Shown: positions 1-10,835 of the stretch, piece after piece
How the letters are laid out: every line of letters begins with the position of its first letter
Numbering within the stretch: position 1 is the stretch's first letter
Assembly (NCBI GenBank): GCA_004022145.1
Contig: RCNU01000016.1
Reading direction: 5' to 3' (one strand)
From: Paecilomyces variotii
Taxonomy: Eukaryota
DNA length: 64,000 bases
The notes under the pieces: model-generated
Databases searched by the model: none
What the model was told of the DNA's origin: nothing
What the model saw: only the letters and a program-made list of their open reading frames with translations
Translations under genes and position numbers: made by a program

Positions 1-744
1 AGGACAGTATCCGAGATCTGATTATGTTGGAACTTGGAAATCTGTATCTGTATGCTTGAGGGTCACCACTCACTTTGGGGAAGCTGTAAACATTGAAAAT
101 TACGTTTTGTCCACCAGCGGGAGGAGATCTTGATATTGGCTCGATGCCAAGGGAGAGATAGTCCATGTAGACAGTCTCCGATGCAGCTGTATCTTCGAAC
201 AGTAGCACCTAGGTCATTTGTGATAGCTAGTCGATCTCACTCACCAATAAATTGATATCATACTCATCTTCCTCTGTACAAAAGTATATATCAACATGGC
301 AACTTTAACAGCATCTAGCAGGTTGAGACTGCGAAGATCCTAAAAGACTCAGGATGTCGTCTTGAACCCAAGTCTCATTTCTCTTGGAATGTCAATTTGC
401 TATCCGATTGGTCTCGTTCATTCACCGCTATCCTTTGTCTGCCATCTCTGTATTCACTGTCCCCCAGGTCAAAGCGAGAGTGAGCTAAAGACAACACAAC
501 CGCATTACGGCAAATAATTAATGCCACCTGACGCACAATATATCTGAACTCTTCCTCATCATCTGTCTTCTTCTGTCGGTCACTTTTACACTCTGGACAT
601 TCCAGTGCAGTCTCTGACACAGCTTGATCAAAATACCAAGGTAATCAGTTCTGTCTTCATACTTCAGTCTGGTATATTTACTGAGATCCACATTTTGTGC
701 TAGGTCTATCTATAGCAAGAAAACGCAACAAAAAAAACATCAAC

Positions 745-1398
745 ATGTCTCGTACCAACAGCGATGAGCAGCTCCAGTTCCTGCTCAGTTGTATCAGGTA
801 CTCGAACAATGGAAAGGTCAGTTCTAGTTTTCATCTTACATCAGTTCTGCAGCTGTATTTCATTCCTCATGCATATAACAACGCTGACACATAACAGGTT
901 GACTTCACTGAAGTCGCGAAAGAATGCAAAATCGTCTCCAAGGGCGCGGCGTAAGTTGCTTCCGTCCCATAATCTGCTATCTAGAGTTGAATGGAGTTCA
1001 TACTAACTTGCATAACAAGCGCCAAACGCTACGAGCGCATGATGAAAGCGAACGGCATCAATCCTAACGGTGGACCGTGTCCTCCTTCGGCTTCTCCCGA
1101 CTCCAAAACCAATACCCCGACCAAGGGTGCCACTGTGGGAAAAGCCACTAAGCGCAAGTCGAACGGAGGCAGTCCTGAGTCCAAGAAGGCGAAGATCAAG
1201 AAAGCTGCGATCGAGAATGCGGAGAAGCTTGTTGTTCCGAAGGAGGAACCATCTGACAATGAAAGCAAAGATACCCCTTCTCACACTGCGTATCTCAGCC
1301 AGGGAGCGATGGCGGACGAGGACACTGACAAGGACTTGTTTGATCAGTTCTGCAACACTGGCGAGGATGATTCTCAGGAGGAGGAGCTCTTCGCGTAG
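745..1398 (+). CDS. Small Myb-like (fungal) DNA-binding domain protein
   Basis: Spliced model 745-816, 898-950, 1020-1398 (GT..AG introns). It gives MSRTNSDEQLQFLLSCIRYSNNGKVDFTEVAKECKIVSKGAAAKRYERMMK, typical of the fungal Myb-like 'FLLSCI..GKVDF..VA.EC.I.SKGAAAKRY.R' family, followed by a basic/acidic tail. Confidence 0.8.
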
Positions 1399-2043
1399 CC
1401 GTGTGGCTGTTCTGCTAACAATGTGTTTGTTTGGCATGACTTGCGAGTTTTGTTGTGGGGATCGACCACGATATCGTTGGATGCCTGTAAAGACAAATTG
1501 TTGCAACTTACAATCATTGGGTTTGAGAGAGTCTAAACTGGCTTTGGCTCTGTCGTTTGTGACTTGGAGCATATTGTATTGTTTAGCAATTTTGCCCGAG
1601 GATGCTTTCCTGGTTGGCGGTAGCCGATAAGGACTCTAGCCCAATGCACTCTTTCTTAGCATCTCAACTTCTTTAGTTAAGTCAATTTTGGGCACATGCG
1701 CAGTGGCATTTGCCGCTAGACATTCCCAGCGAGTCTCTTGGTAGTATTCCCCTCTGGCTATGTTTGATGGGGTAAAAATGCGATCGCTCCGCCATGATTC
1801 TGTACGACTAAAGGCTAAAAGGGAATATGCGATGTGATTCGGGAAATACGATTACGATAAGTGAGTTCCATAGCACACTAGTAAGTGAATATGATTCCCT
1901 GTAAGGAAAAGAAATAGTACATCATACACAAGATTCCTCCCTGTCGTACCACCCGCAAAGACCTAACTCGAAGATCCTCCCTCCTTATAACGCCATAATC
2001 ATACCAACGTATCTGCCATGGTGTTCCTGATCCCGCCTGAATG

Positions 2044-4394
2044 TCACATATCGCCCATGACCGCTTGCAGAATATTTCGTTTATATTGCCCGAGAGCTTG
2101 GTCTTTCTTTCTCATTTGTTTCTTCAGCTTCAAATAACGCTGCTTCCAAGTCGACTCGGACGTGGAGCTTGTGATTTCGTCATCGTCAATGTCATCATGA
2201 GAGAGGTCATCAATGGTCGTAGTATCATTCAGATCGTCGGGGAACACCGTATCTTTTATTGTGGTCGTGGCACCGGTACTGTCATAAATTGTATCCATCA
2301 CAATTCCCGGGGCAGGAGAGTACTCGTACGATATGATATAGTGCCAGTTCCTGAGAACATTCATAGTGCTGCTTTGCGGCTCAGTAGTTGATGTGTTCGG
2401 CTGCATCTTCACTGTCAACGGCCCACATGAGCCATAGTTCATACATTGGCCTCCAATTCCAAGGTGCACAGCACACAACAGTGACATGGAGTCTGGGTTA
2501 ATTCCAAAAAAAGAAGAACTTAATTTCTTAACCACAGATTCGGCCATATCGGTGGCCTCTTCGCTAGTTAGGGGAGCGGAGCGACCAACAAGTTTGCCGT
2601 GAAGCAGGCGACGGCTGAAGAGCTTGACCAAGCTGTCTATGTATACTCTCCGTGATGGCTGCTCGCCATCCGTTTCAGCGTCTGATTTACTTCGAACTGT
2701 CCCATAACGTGGTGTGCTTGCAACGGAGCCATTAGTGCTATATTTGTCGGCGGCGGGACTACCCGATGCACTGTCCACCCCATTTATCAAGAGGGTGGGA
2801 GGCGTTGCAAGTCGAACAGGGCCGCTTGGGAGCTGGGGAACTTGTAACTGGAGCTTTGTTGCCTTTGAAATCGGCTGCTGGGGAAGGGGTTGTCTCTGGG
2901 GCGGGCTGGAGGATCTGCCTGTGTCATTCCCATTCTGCGGGGCTAGAGCCGGTGACGAACGAGCGACTGGAGTCTCAGCAAAGGAGGAAACAATCGGCCC
3001 AGTGTCGACTTGGAAGGAAGAGAACTGTCCAGATGATGTGGTCGCTTTATTTGGTGGCCTGCCACGAGTTTTCCTTGGAGAATTCCCATGAGTTGACCAT
3101 GCCGAGGAAATTGCAGGTCCATGTCGCCTTCGCGTGTGGTTCCTCTCTGCCGATGCAGGTATCACGGCTGATCGAGGTTCCACCGCCATGAACTCCTCCG
3201 ATGCATGGCGGTTAGCTGGAAGTATAGCCGAATGTGGATAGGCGGCAGGAGACGTATGCCGTTCAAATGGCCTCCACCGGAAGTCTTGGCTCTGGTCTAT
3301 TGCCAGGCCGGTATTCGAACGATGATGAGGAAATGGTGATGCCACTACCCATGGATCTGTCGCATCGATGTCCCCTGGGAAAGCGCTGAATGGGATAGCA
3401 CTATGCGGGAAATTTGCAGCATGACTGGAAATGTCAACGCTATGCAATCCAGCCATGGAAGTGTCCAACATCGGTCTTTTAGGCGTCCTTGAGCCCTCAC
3501 TATCTTCTGCCTTCCTTCTACCGCGTTTAGGTTTCCACTCAGGCAGAAGAGACGTCAAGGCCAGATCTTCCTCTAAGGGAACGCCATCTCGACTTTCACT
3601 GGGCATTCTGTCGGAAGGAATCTGAGTGTAATAGCTGTGGGGGTGACCAAGACAGTATTCAAAAAACGCATCAATGTGCATTGCTCGCATCCATCGCTAT
3701 TCGAAATTAATCATAGCTCGCTGACAATTTACTTGGATGGACGTACCTTTAGCCGGACCGCATACTGCTGTACCTTTTGAGTACTCTGCTTCTTTTCCGC
3801 GGAAGGTGGCTCCACTCCCAACTCAGTGGCCAACTGAATCCACGTCTTCAGCTCTTTCTTATCCAGCTTCACAATGAGTTCCCATAACGTAAAGACGCTG
3901 AAACTCTTTCCGTCACTCCGTGGTGGTGATCGAAAGACCCGACGCAGTTCAGATGTGTCCACCGATGACGGGACACTGGGATTGCAATACAGAATAAATG
4001 CAATATATGCATCGTCCATGGTTTGATCACTGAATTCGGGAGATGGCAGAAGTCGAGAATTGTCGGATCGCAATGACTCATTTGCGTGGTTGGGACGAGA
4101 TGTGCCGTCGAATAGAGGTGGAGACATGGAAGGACCTGATTCTCGAATGGGGGTGACAGCCTGTAACAAATTTGTTCTTGGGGGTGATTGAAAGTGTGGT
4201 GGGATATTTCTAGGTTGTATAGATGGAGAAATAGAAACTCTCGATCTGCTGCGAGCGCCAGACGGTGAGACACTCCGTACAGATGAATCGAAACTCAAGG
4301 AATACCTGGCGTATTGGTCGAATGGCGCCTGGCTTCGCGGTGGCCCTCCATGTTCTGCTGTATTATGAGCAGAATCAGGATACTGACTTTCCAT
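2044..4394 (-). CDS. abp2: ARS-binding protein 2 (Abp2) family protein
   Basis: Two exons, 4394-3747 and 3696-2044 (50-nt intron GTACGT..TAG). The join reads QKVQQYAVRLK|RWMRAMHIDAFFEY. Also present: AYIAFILYCNP, FRSPPRSDGKSF and AT-hook-like PKRGRR and RGRPP, all Abp2 hallmarks. Confidence 0.88.
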
Positions 4395-5186
4395 GCCCGG
4401 CGAGTCTTGGGATGTTAATGATGGTAGTTAATGATGGCGGGCGCCGGGACTTGCACAACAGCAATGGCTATCCGGAAACCGTTTCAGCGTGCATCACAAG
4501 CATTTCATTATCGTCCACATCAAATCGTTATAATAGCAGACAAAATAAATCCACAATATAGAGCAGAATATGAGTGGGTCACTGGGAATAGCAGTAACTT
4601 TGCGACATGTAGACAGGCCTGAAGCTAACGGGTGAGCGCCAAATGAATTTGATTGATAAATGTGGAGCAAAATAATCGAAGAGCATTTCTCATCGTTTGG
4701 ATTCGGTATTCGAATGATGAAGGCACAAGGAGTTCTCCAGCTCCATCGCATAGCCAAAGACTAAGTGCAGCTGAAGCTGTTGGCAGCTCCTGAGATGCAA
4801 GAGGGGTAGCTGCTCGTGTTGCTATTTTAGGACATGAGCGATGCCTTCTTGGGTCAACAGGGCTCGGTCCGCGGGCTGGCAAATCATCAGGCGCCCACGC
4901 AGAGTATTATTATTATTGATATTATTGAAACCGGACGGTTCATAAGGCCAAAATGTCATGTAACAATATCTGCTGCTCCTTGGTGCGATAACAAAAAAGG
5001 CTAATATTTTCAATAGTGTATATCATCCAGCCTGATCTTGGATAGCCATTGCTAGTTACTCTAAGCTCTGACAAACACACACCATCGGCTAAGGTTTGTA
5101 AAAGCGTTTCGATATGTAACTTAACTATATACTGTTCTATATGTCTGTTACAGTGGCCTTCTTTTATCATATCTTCCATTGTGTTT

Positions 5187-6269
5187 TTAGAAATTATCAA
5201 GAATACCTCTATCCTGTTCGGCCCGTTGCCTCTTCTTATTCACGTCCCACCACCAACTATACAAAATCGCATTGGATTCTTCCCATGCCTGTCTCATACC
5301 GGTACTTTCACTTCCTCTTAGACTTGCGGGTTGATTTTTCCATGGCTTGTCTGCAAAGATGTAATGCACGACCTTGACTTCATCATCCCGCCAAATAGTA
5401 TCATGCACGTTCTTCCATCGAAGGGTCTTAAGTGCATTATACGTGTACGGCAGTGCCACCCATCTTCCCGTGAAGATATCGGCTAGTAGATCTTGGTCAG
5501 GGAAGTCATACTTACATGTCAATTCCGGCGTGTCGATCGCCTTCGTTATCTTGCTATATGTTCCCATCGATGGATTGATCACCAACAGGCCGCCATTTAG
5601 CATCCCGAGACCAGAGGAAATGGGGGGCCCTTCTATCTGTGCCTTTTCTGGTGTTTGATGTTGCATGGTAAATGCGCAATTACTCGGTATCCTGACGATC
5701 AATTAGCTTATCGGATTGTCATAGTGACTAGGATCCATACCAGTCCGGAGGATAATGCTCTTTCTTGAGTGGGTTACAGCAGCATGCATGGCTGGCAGCA
5801 AAGACGCGTTGACCATCTCCGCCGAGTGAAGGGGGATCCAGATCCAAAATTATAAGTTCATCCAGATTGCGACGGACTAGCATGTCACTGTCCAACAAAA
5901 CAACCCGATCAAAGTCAACCAATGAAAATGCAGAGAGTTTCGTCCAGGTATCCATGAAACGAGCATCGTTCTTGAACTCTTTGCTTCCTGAAGGCTTTAG
6001 AAGCGGCACCTTTCGCCGTGCGATCTTGCGCGCATCTAATGCGGCTAATACTGTTTCCGGGACCGTATCTGTATACAACGCGAGCAGTGGATATTTACTC
6101 CCCGCGAGCTGAAGGGAGTAGTCCAGCGTCAAAAGACCAGGCAGGTATTCCTCATGAGTGATCAAACTGGCCCATACTGAACAATGGTCAGTAACAACAT
6201 CGCTATATGGAGATTCGGACAAATAATCAAGGTACCCCTTTTCGACTCCTGGTTAGCATCGGAGGTCAT
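5187..6269 (-). CDS. Glycosyltransferase family 8 (glycogenin/GNT1-like)
   Basis: Exons 6269-6236, 6176-5741, 5691-5187. Motifs: VWASLIT..YLPGLLTLDYSL, WTKL, LDSDMLV (DxD), LNGGLLVINPS, DQDLL, YNALKTLRW and VHYIFADKPW. Confidence 0.88.
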
Positions 6270-7002
6270 CGCTCCACGATTGGATGAGTCATTTTGGTAG
6301 CCAGACCATATCCCTCCCATTTCCTTCTAGGAAATATATATTGGCTTGTGAATGTGAGCAGAAACAAGGAACAGCCGCCTGGACTCCCAATGGGCTGCTA
6401 TTGCACCCATCCACCTCGAACTAGTCGTGCTGCACACAGAACGGTCTTGTATAAGCCCGATAAGCGGAAGGCAACTACAGTATCTATATTCTGGAATTTA
6501 GGGATAATAATTACCTACTGTGGGTTTTCAGACTGTGTACAAGACCCACAGGGCTTCGTCTCCACAACCCAGCCAGCCACGAAAATAATAATACTTATCA
6601 TTATGACCTTCGAGAAAAGGGCCATTTTGAGTTTCGACCCGAGCTTCAACTACACAGATCAACAAACTATCTTACTAGTTATTCCGCTGAGCGCAGCAAA
6701 GCAAAATGAAGAGCGCTGTGAACGCTGCTACGAGCCAATTAATCTTTCAATTCACCAGTGCGCTGTAGTGACAAATGAGCCACGTGGTAGTGCATGAAGT
6801 TACTACACTGGCAAAGGTGAAGAGTCGTGTAAAGTAGGCACCGATTCTCCTCGTTAAGATGGTTGAAAGTGATTATAACATGATACCACCCCGTTGACTC
6901 TCCCATATCCATGAACCTGTCATCCCAATGACTTTGTCGAATCCTGAAGGCACGAAAGCACGGTCATATTTGAATCAACCTAGCTGACGGACCCATGCTG
7001 TT

Positions 7003-7311
7003 TTATTCCTCGTTGGTCCCGTCATGCGGCTTCCATGGCCCGTTCAGGGATGAATATGCTGATGTGGCAGATGCCTTCACTAGATGCTTGAAGCAATAAT
7101 TTCCGATGCTTCTATTCTCATTCACGATATCTTTATTCTTGCATCTTGTATTGGTGCCCTTCCGACCCTCACATTGGATCTGTTCGGTATTTTTTCTGCA
7201 GCCGCACGTATACACAAGGATTATCTGTTTGCACCTAAACGGAGCATTTCCATTAGTAAAAGCCCATCTCACATACTCGGGATATCAGGATACGTACGTC
7301 GTGTATACCAT
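7003..7311 (-). CDS. Small Cys/His-rich putative zinc-binding protein (paralog A)
   Basis: Proposed exons 7311-7298 and 7234-7003 (intron GTACGT..CTAAT..TAG). Protein: MVYTTCKQIILVYTCGCRKNTEQIQCEGRKGTNTRC...NYCFKHLVK. It is 38/53 identical to the 10016-10467 product over the Cys domain. Confidence 0.7.
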
Positions 7312-7641
7312 TATTGGACTTCTATTGGAGTTGTTGAACTTGGCATTGTATACGTAGTCAAGAGTAAAAGAGAGTAGTGTCAATGGCGTGCCTTCAGAAT
7401 TAAAATAACCTTTTATTAATTTATTTACACAGTTCGCGTATGACGCGATTCATGTGATGTTACGGTAATTGAATCTCTTTTGAAAACTGCTTCCATCTGC
7501 CAATAGCAATAGCTTAGAACTGTGCATTCTACTTCGAAATGAAAATATTGAAGGATAGGCACGTATCTCAATGCAGGAGTAAGTATGAATAATATGTCCC
7601 GTATTAGTTACCCGCCCACGTTCAAATTTGTCGGGGTACGT

Positions 7642-8104
7642 CCAGGTGATCCTGTCATATCATCCGTTTGCCGCAGGTTTCTTGATATTCGATTTCGATC
7701 CATAGGATAGAACCTACTAGATCAATAGGATCTAAATTGTTTGGATGCTACAGGAGACAAACATGGGTTCAACTCCCCTTAGTACTGGAGTCAAGCAAGG
7801 ACATATACGACGAGCGTCCGTTTCTTGCTCCCGCTTACAGTTTCGATGATCCACTACGGATAACAGACAGATGAGAAAGAGATTGTTCCCATATGGGAGA
7901 AAACAAGAATTATTTCGAATCCTAAAGAGCACGGAAGCAGGATCTGAATTGCTTGCTTGACTCTAGATCTAGGGGGATTTGATCCCATATTTATCTCTAG
8001 CATACAAAGAATCTAGATCCTAGTGATTTAGTAATCAAGTAGTAATCCAGTGTAATCAGGATTCAAAGAATCTGCCGCAAACGGATGATTAACAGATCAC
8101 CTGG
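7642..8104. mobile_element. Decayed non-autonomous TIR element (MITE-like, possibly hAT-derived)
   Basis: The left end ccaggtgatcctgtcatatcatccgtttgccgcaggtttcttga matches the reverse complement of the right end, ccaggtgatctgttaatcatccgtttgcggcagattctttga (imperfect ~45-50 bp inverted repeats). The interior is rich in TAG/CTAG, as expected after RIP. There is no intact transposase ORF. Confidence 0.7.
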
Positions 8105-8169
8105 CGTTTGCTTTGTACGCCAAAAAATTATCCAATTAGTTTACCTTGACATATATATTAACTTCGGCT

Positions 8170-9354
8170 TTATATAGGAGCATCTTTCTTAAACGTGCCG
8201 TCAGCCTGCACGAGAAATGGATCACCCTTTATTGGTGGGGGTGCAGGGGACCAGCACCTGTAGCATCGGCGCCTGTCCCATACCTTAGCTGCTTCGCATT
8301 CGAGGAAATGCTGGGGTAGCTGCTCGATTGTATATGCACGAAGTATGGCCCTGTGCTTTTGCTTGCTAGAAGAATAGAATGAGCCGGGGACAAATGAACA
8401 TGCCGAGCAATAGAGACCCTTCTGGATCACTCTCTTGCTGGGATCCCAAACTGGGAAATGCGCTGAAGCCATAAAGGCAGGGTAGTCGCTATTCCCACTC
8501 TCCAAAGAAGGCACTTTTAATTCTCTCGGGAAACGAGGTCTTCTGCTATGCTGTCTGCAATTCTCGAGCTCATCAATTGCAGTTGAGGTTTCGCCGGCAT
8601 TTTGTTTTTGCCAATCAGCCACAGCATCAAAGTGCCATCTCGACAAGTCATCGCGATATGTTGAAGCAGCTTCAATGCTCTCTTCAATACTTCCGTGGAT
8701 CTTTGTGGCTAAAGTCAGGATATCCTGTAGCCTAACAAGACGCCGTCGCTGCCTGACGTCTCTCGCATTGCCATACCTTCCCGGAATAGTATATATAGTG
8801 ACAAGCTCTTTTGTATCGCTCACAGACAGACAATATTGTACGGATGCATCGAAAAGCGATACCAGTATGTAACTCTCTCTGAACTTCAGACAATAAACGC
8901 AACATCGGGTAAAGTCCATGAGAAAAACACAAGGTCCGAAATCGCCACATGTGCGGCAGTATGGCTGGCAAAATTCATCGAATATGCGATAAATGTTGAA
9001 GAAGCGCGCTGTCCGTGTCATGTGCATGATCTGGAGCACTTCAGAAGCATGTTCTCGAAGAATCTTATATGCAGGAAGATTGGTCGCTACCGAAAAGTAT
9101 GTCCTGTTGAGTTGACGTACGGCACGAAGTGCATCCAGGTCGAGAAACATCAAAACTTCATCGAGGATCTCTCTTGGGAAGGCCTTCAGATTTCCAAGTG
9201 ATGCTTTTCGTTGCCTGTTAGGAGACAAAACAACTCCATGTACAATGTCCGTGCCATAGCTCCTGTTTCGTGTATCTATCATTTCTGACCAGGCAGACAG
9301 ATTCAGCATCCATGCATCCTCTTCGTCGATGCAATACGCAAGGCCTGAGGCCAT
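8170..9354 (-). CDS. F-box domain protein with Cys-rich (CxxCGDFG...RCCxxC) region
   Basis: Single 394-aa ORF. F-box-like segment LGNLKAFPREILDEVLMFLDLDALRAVRQLNR, then CRTCGDFGPCVFLMDFTRCCVYCL and a C-terminal GLYCSAC...HFLEC, as seen in an expanded fungal F-box family. Confidence 0.8.
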   Translation of the reverse strand: MASGLAYCIDEEDAWMLNLSAWSEMIDTRNRSYGTDIVHGVVLSPNRQRKASLGNLKAFPREILDEVLMFLDLDALRAVRQLNRTYFSVATNLPAYKILREHASEVLQIMHMTRTARFFNIYRIFDEFCQPYCRTCGDFGPCVFLMDFTRCCVYCLKFRESYILVSLFDASVQYCLSVSDTKELVTIYTIPGRYGNARDVRQRRRLVRLQDILTLATKIHGSIEESIEAASTYRDDLSRWHFDAVADWQKQNAGETSTAIDELENCRQHSRRPRFPRELKVPSLESGNSDYPAFMASAHFPVWDPSKRVIQKGLYCSACSFVPGSFYSSSKQKHRAILRAYTIEQLPQHFLECEAAKVWDRRRCYRCWSPAPPPIKGDPFLVQADGTFKKDAPI

Positions 9355-10015
9355 TGTTTCTGCAATTCATGAACAATATTTAAGCTGTTATAAGAATTAC
9401 GATGCTGAAGCTATATACTTCACAGTTACTTCTTGATACAACTCATGTACGTCATTATAATGAGCACTGTTCCTAGGCAACAATCCAAAAACCTAATCCG
9501 ACCCCCAGCATTTATCGGCGGATGATATATAGGGAGACGTAGTTCAGTAATCCACTCAATAGAGGAGATATCTGAAGAGTGAATGACATTATTATCGTAT
9601 TCTTTGGGAATTTTATGTAATCTAGTTCCTTAGTAGATTGGCCATCAGGTCCTGCATCTCCGTTTTTACCAAAAGTAGACGTCTGAAAATGGATTCCTCC
9701 TTGATTAATCACAATTCTGCGTAAGCTTCACTGACGGTCTCGATGAACTTGGGCAAGCTCGTATTAGGGTAGTGCCTCCCAGAGATAGACCGATTCTGTC
9801 TCAGGAAACAGTAAACCGCGTTGTACGAACTATGGAAGGCACGTTTAATGCTTCCATTCCATTAAAAGGCGTACTACTGTCAACGTCTCTCCTTGTAGTT
9901 CAGTATTCACACGTACAGCACCAGGTAAGTTCAGTGGCCCTGATACGGTTGTTTAATGTCCGCCGCGGAGCTAATTAAATATCGATGGTTCTCGCCACAG
10001 GAAAGTCAAAACAAG

Positions 10016-10467
10016 ATGTACGTATTACAGGATCTGATAAATATGGATTATAACACCTGCTAATGGAAGTGTTATATCTATATAGGTGCAAACGAATACA
10101 GCTCGTCTACACCTGCGGGTGTAGAAAAGAAGGGGATCAGATACAGTGTGATGATCGGCGGGGGACGAATACCAGATGCGAAGACAAAAAAATTGCAACC
10201 GAAAATAGGGATGTTGGCAATTATTGTTTTAAACATCTTGTCAAGGACGGCACCCAGATCACATACGACCGTGGGGAAGGCAACGGCAATAATAAAGGTA
10301 AGCGGCCTGCATCCGCGACCTCGGCGGCCCCCAAGGCCAAAAAGCCACGGGTGGAGGTGGATGAGGAGGACGAAGAGGATGAGGTAAGTTTGAATATTAA
10401 TTATTGCGTTTTGCTATGCAGAAGATCAGGCTTACTGTTTTGGAAATAGTTGAACTTCTTGGCGTAA
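10016..10467 (+). CDS. Small Cys/His-rich putative zinc-binding protein (paralog B) with basic NLS-like motif and acidic tail
   Basis: AT(10016-17)|intron 10018-10085 (GTACGT..GCTAAT..TAG)|G TGC AAA gives MCKRIQLVYTCGCRKEGDQIQCDDRRGTNTRC...NYCFKHLVK...PKAKKPR..DEEDEEDE. A probable last intron 10384-10449 is followed by LNFLA*, so the 3' end is uncertain. There is an upstream intron at 9925-10000. Confidence 0.72.
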
Positions 10468-10486
10468 TCTTCGCCAAGAAGGGCTA

Positions 10487-10577
10487 TTACCGTGTATAAA
10501 TTACCGTGTATAAATTACCGTGTATAAATTACCGTGTATAAATTACCGTGTATAAATTACCGTGTATAAATTACCGT
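10487..10577. repeat. Perfect 14-bp tandem minisatellite (TTACCGTGTATAAA) x6 plus partial
   Basis: Units start at 10487, 10501, 10515, 10529, 10543 and 10557, with a partial TTACCGT at 10571. Confidence 0.95.
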
Positions 10578-10835
10578 TGTATTATTCATCTTACATAATC
10601 ATCTTCCTTATCGATAACCAACCTCACCACACCACATCGAACAAGTGAGTGACGCAGTCCCCGATTCTCTTTCGTACTCGATTATATCCTCCTTCAACTG
10701 GCCTTCTTCTTACAAGTGATTTACAAGGCTACCTTCTGGACACCTTCTGTTTGAGTCCGTGACTGCCGAGACCCAGCGGTACCATGTCGCTGTCAGCCCC
10801 TCTACCCTCGACTTTCTGATCACAGGGCGCCCGCT

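Noticed and set aside
7718-7780. tRNA/SINE-like A-box (TAGATCAATAGG) and B-box (GGGTTCAACTCCC)
   Set aside because: No acceptor or anticodon stem can be formed, and it lies inside the TIR element.
10487-10577. CRISPR-like or telomeric array
   Set aside because: The units are contiguous with no spacers, the context is eukaryotic, and the unit is not TTAGGG-like.
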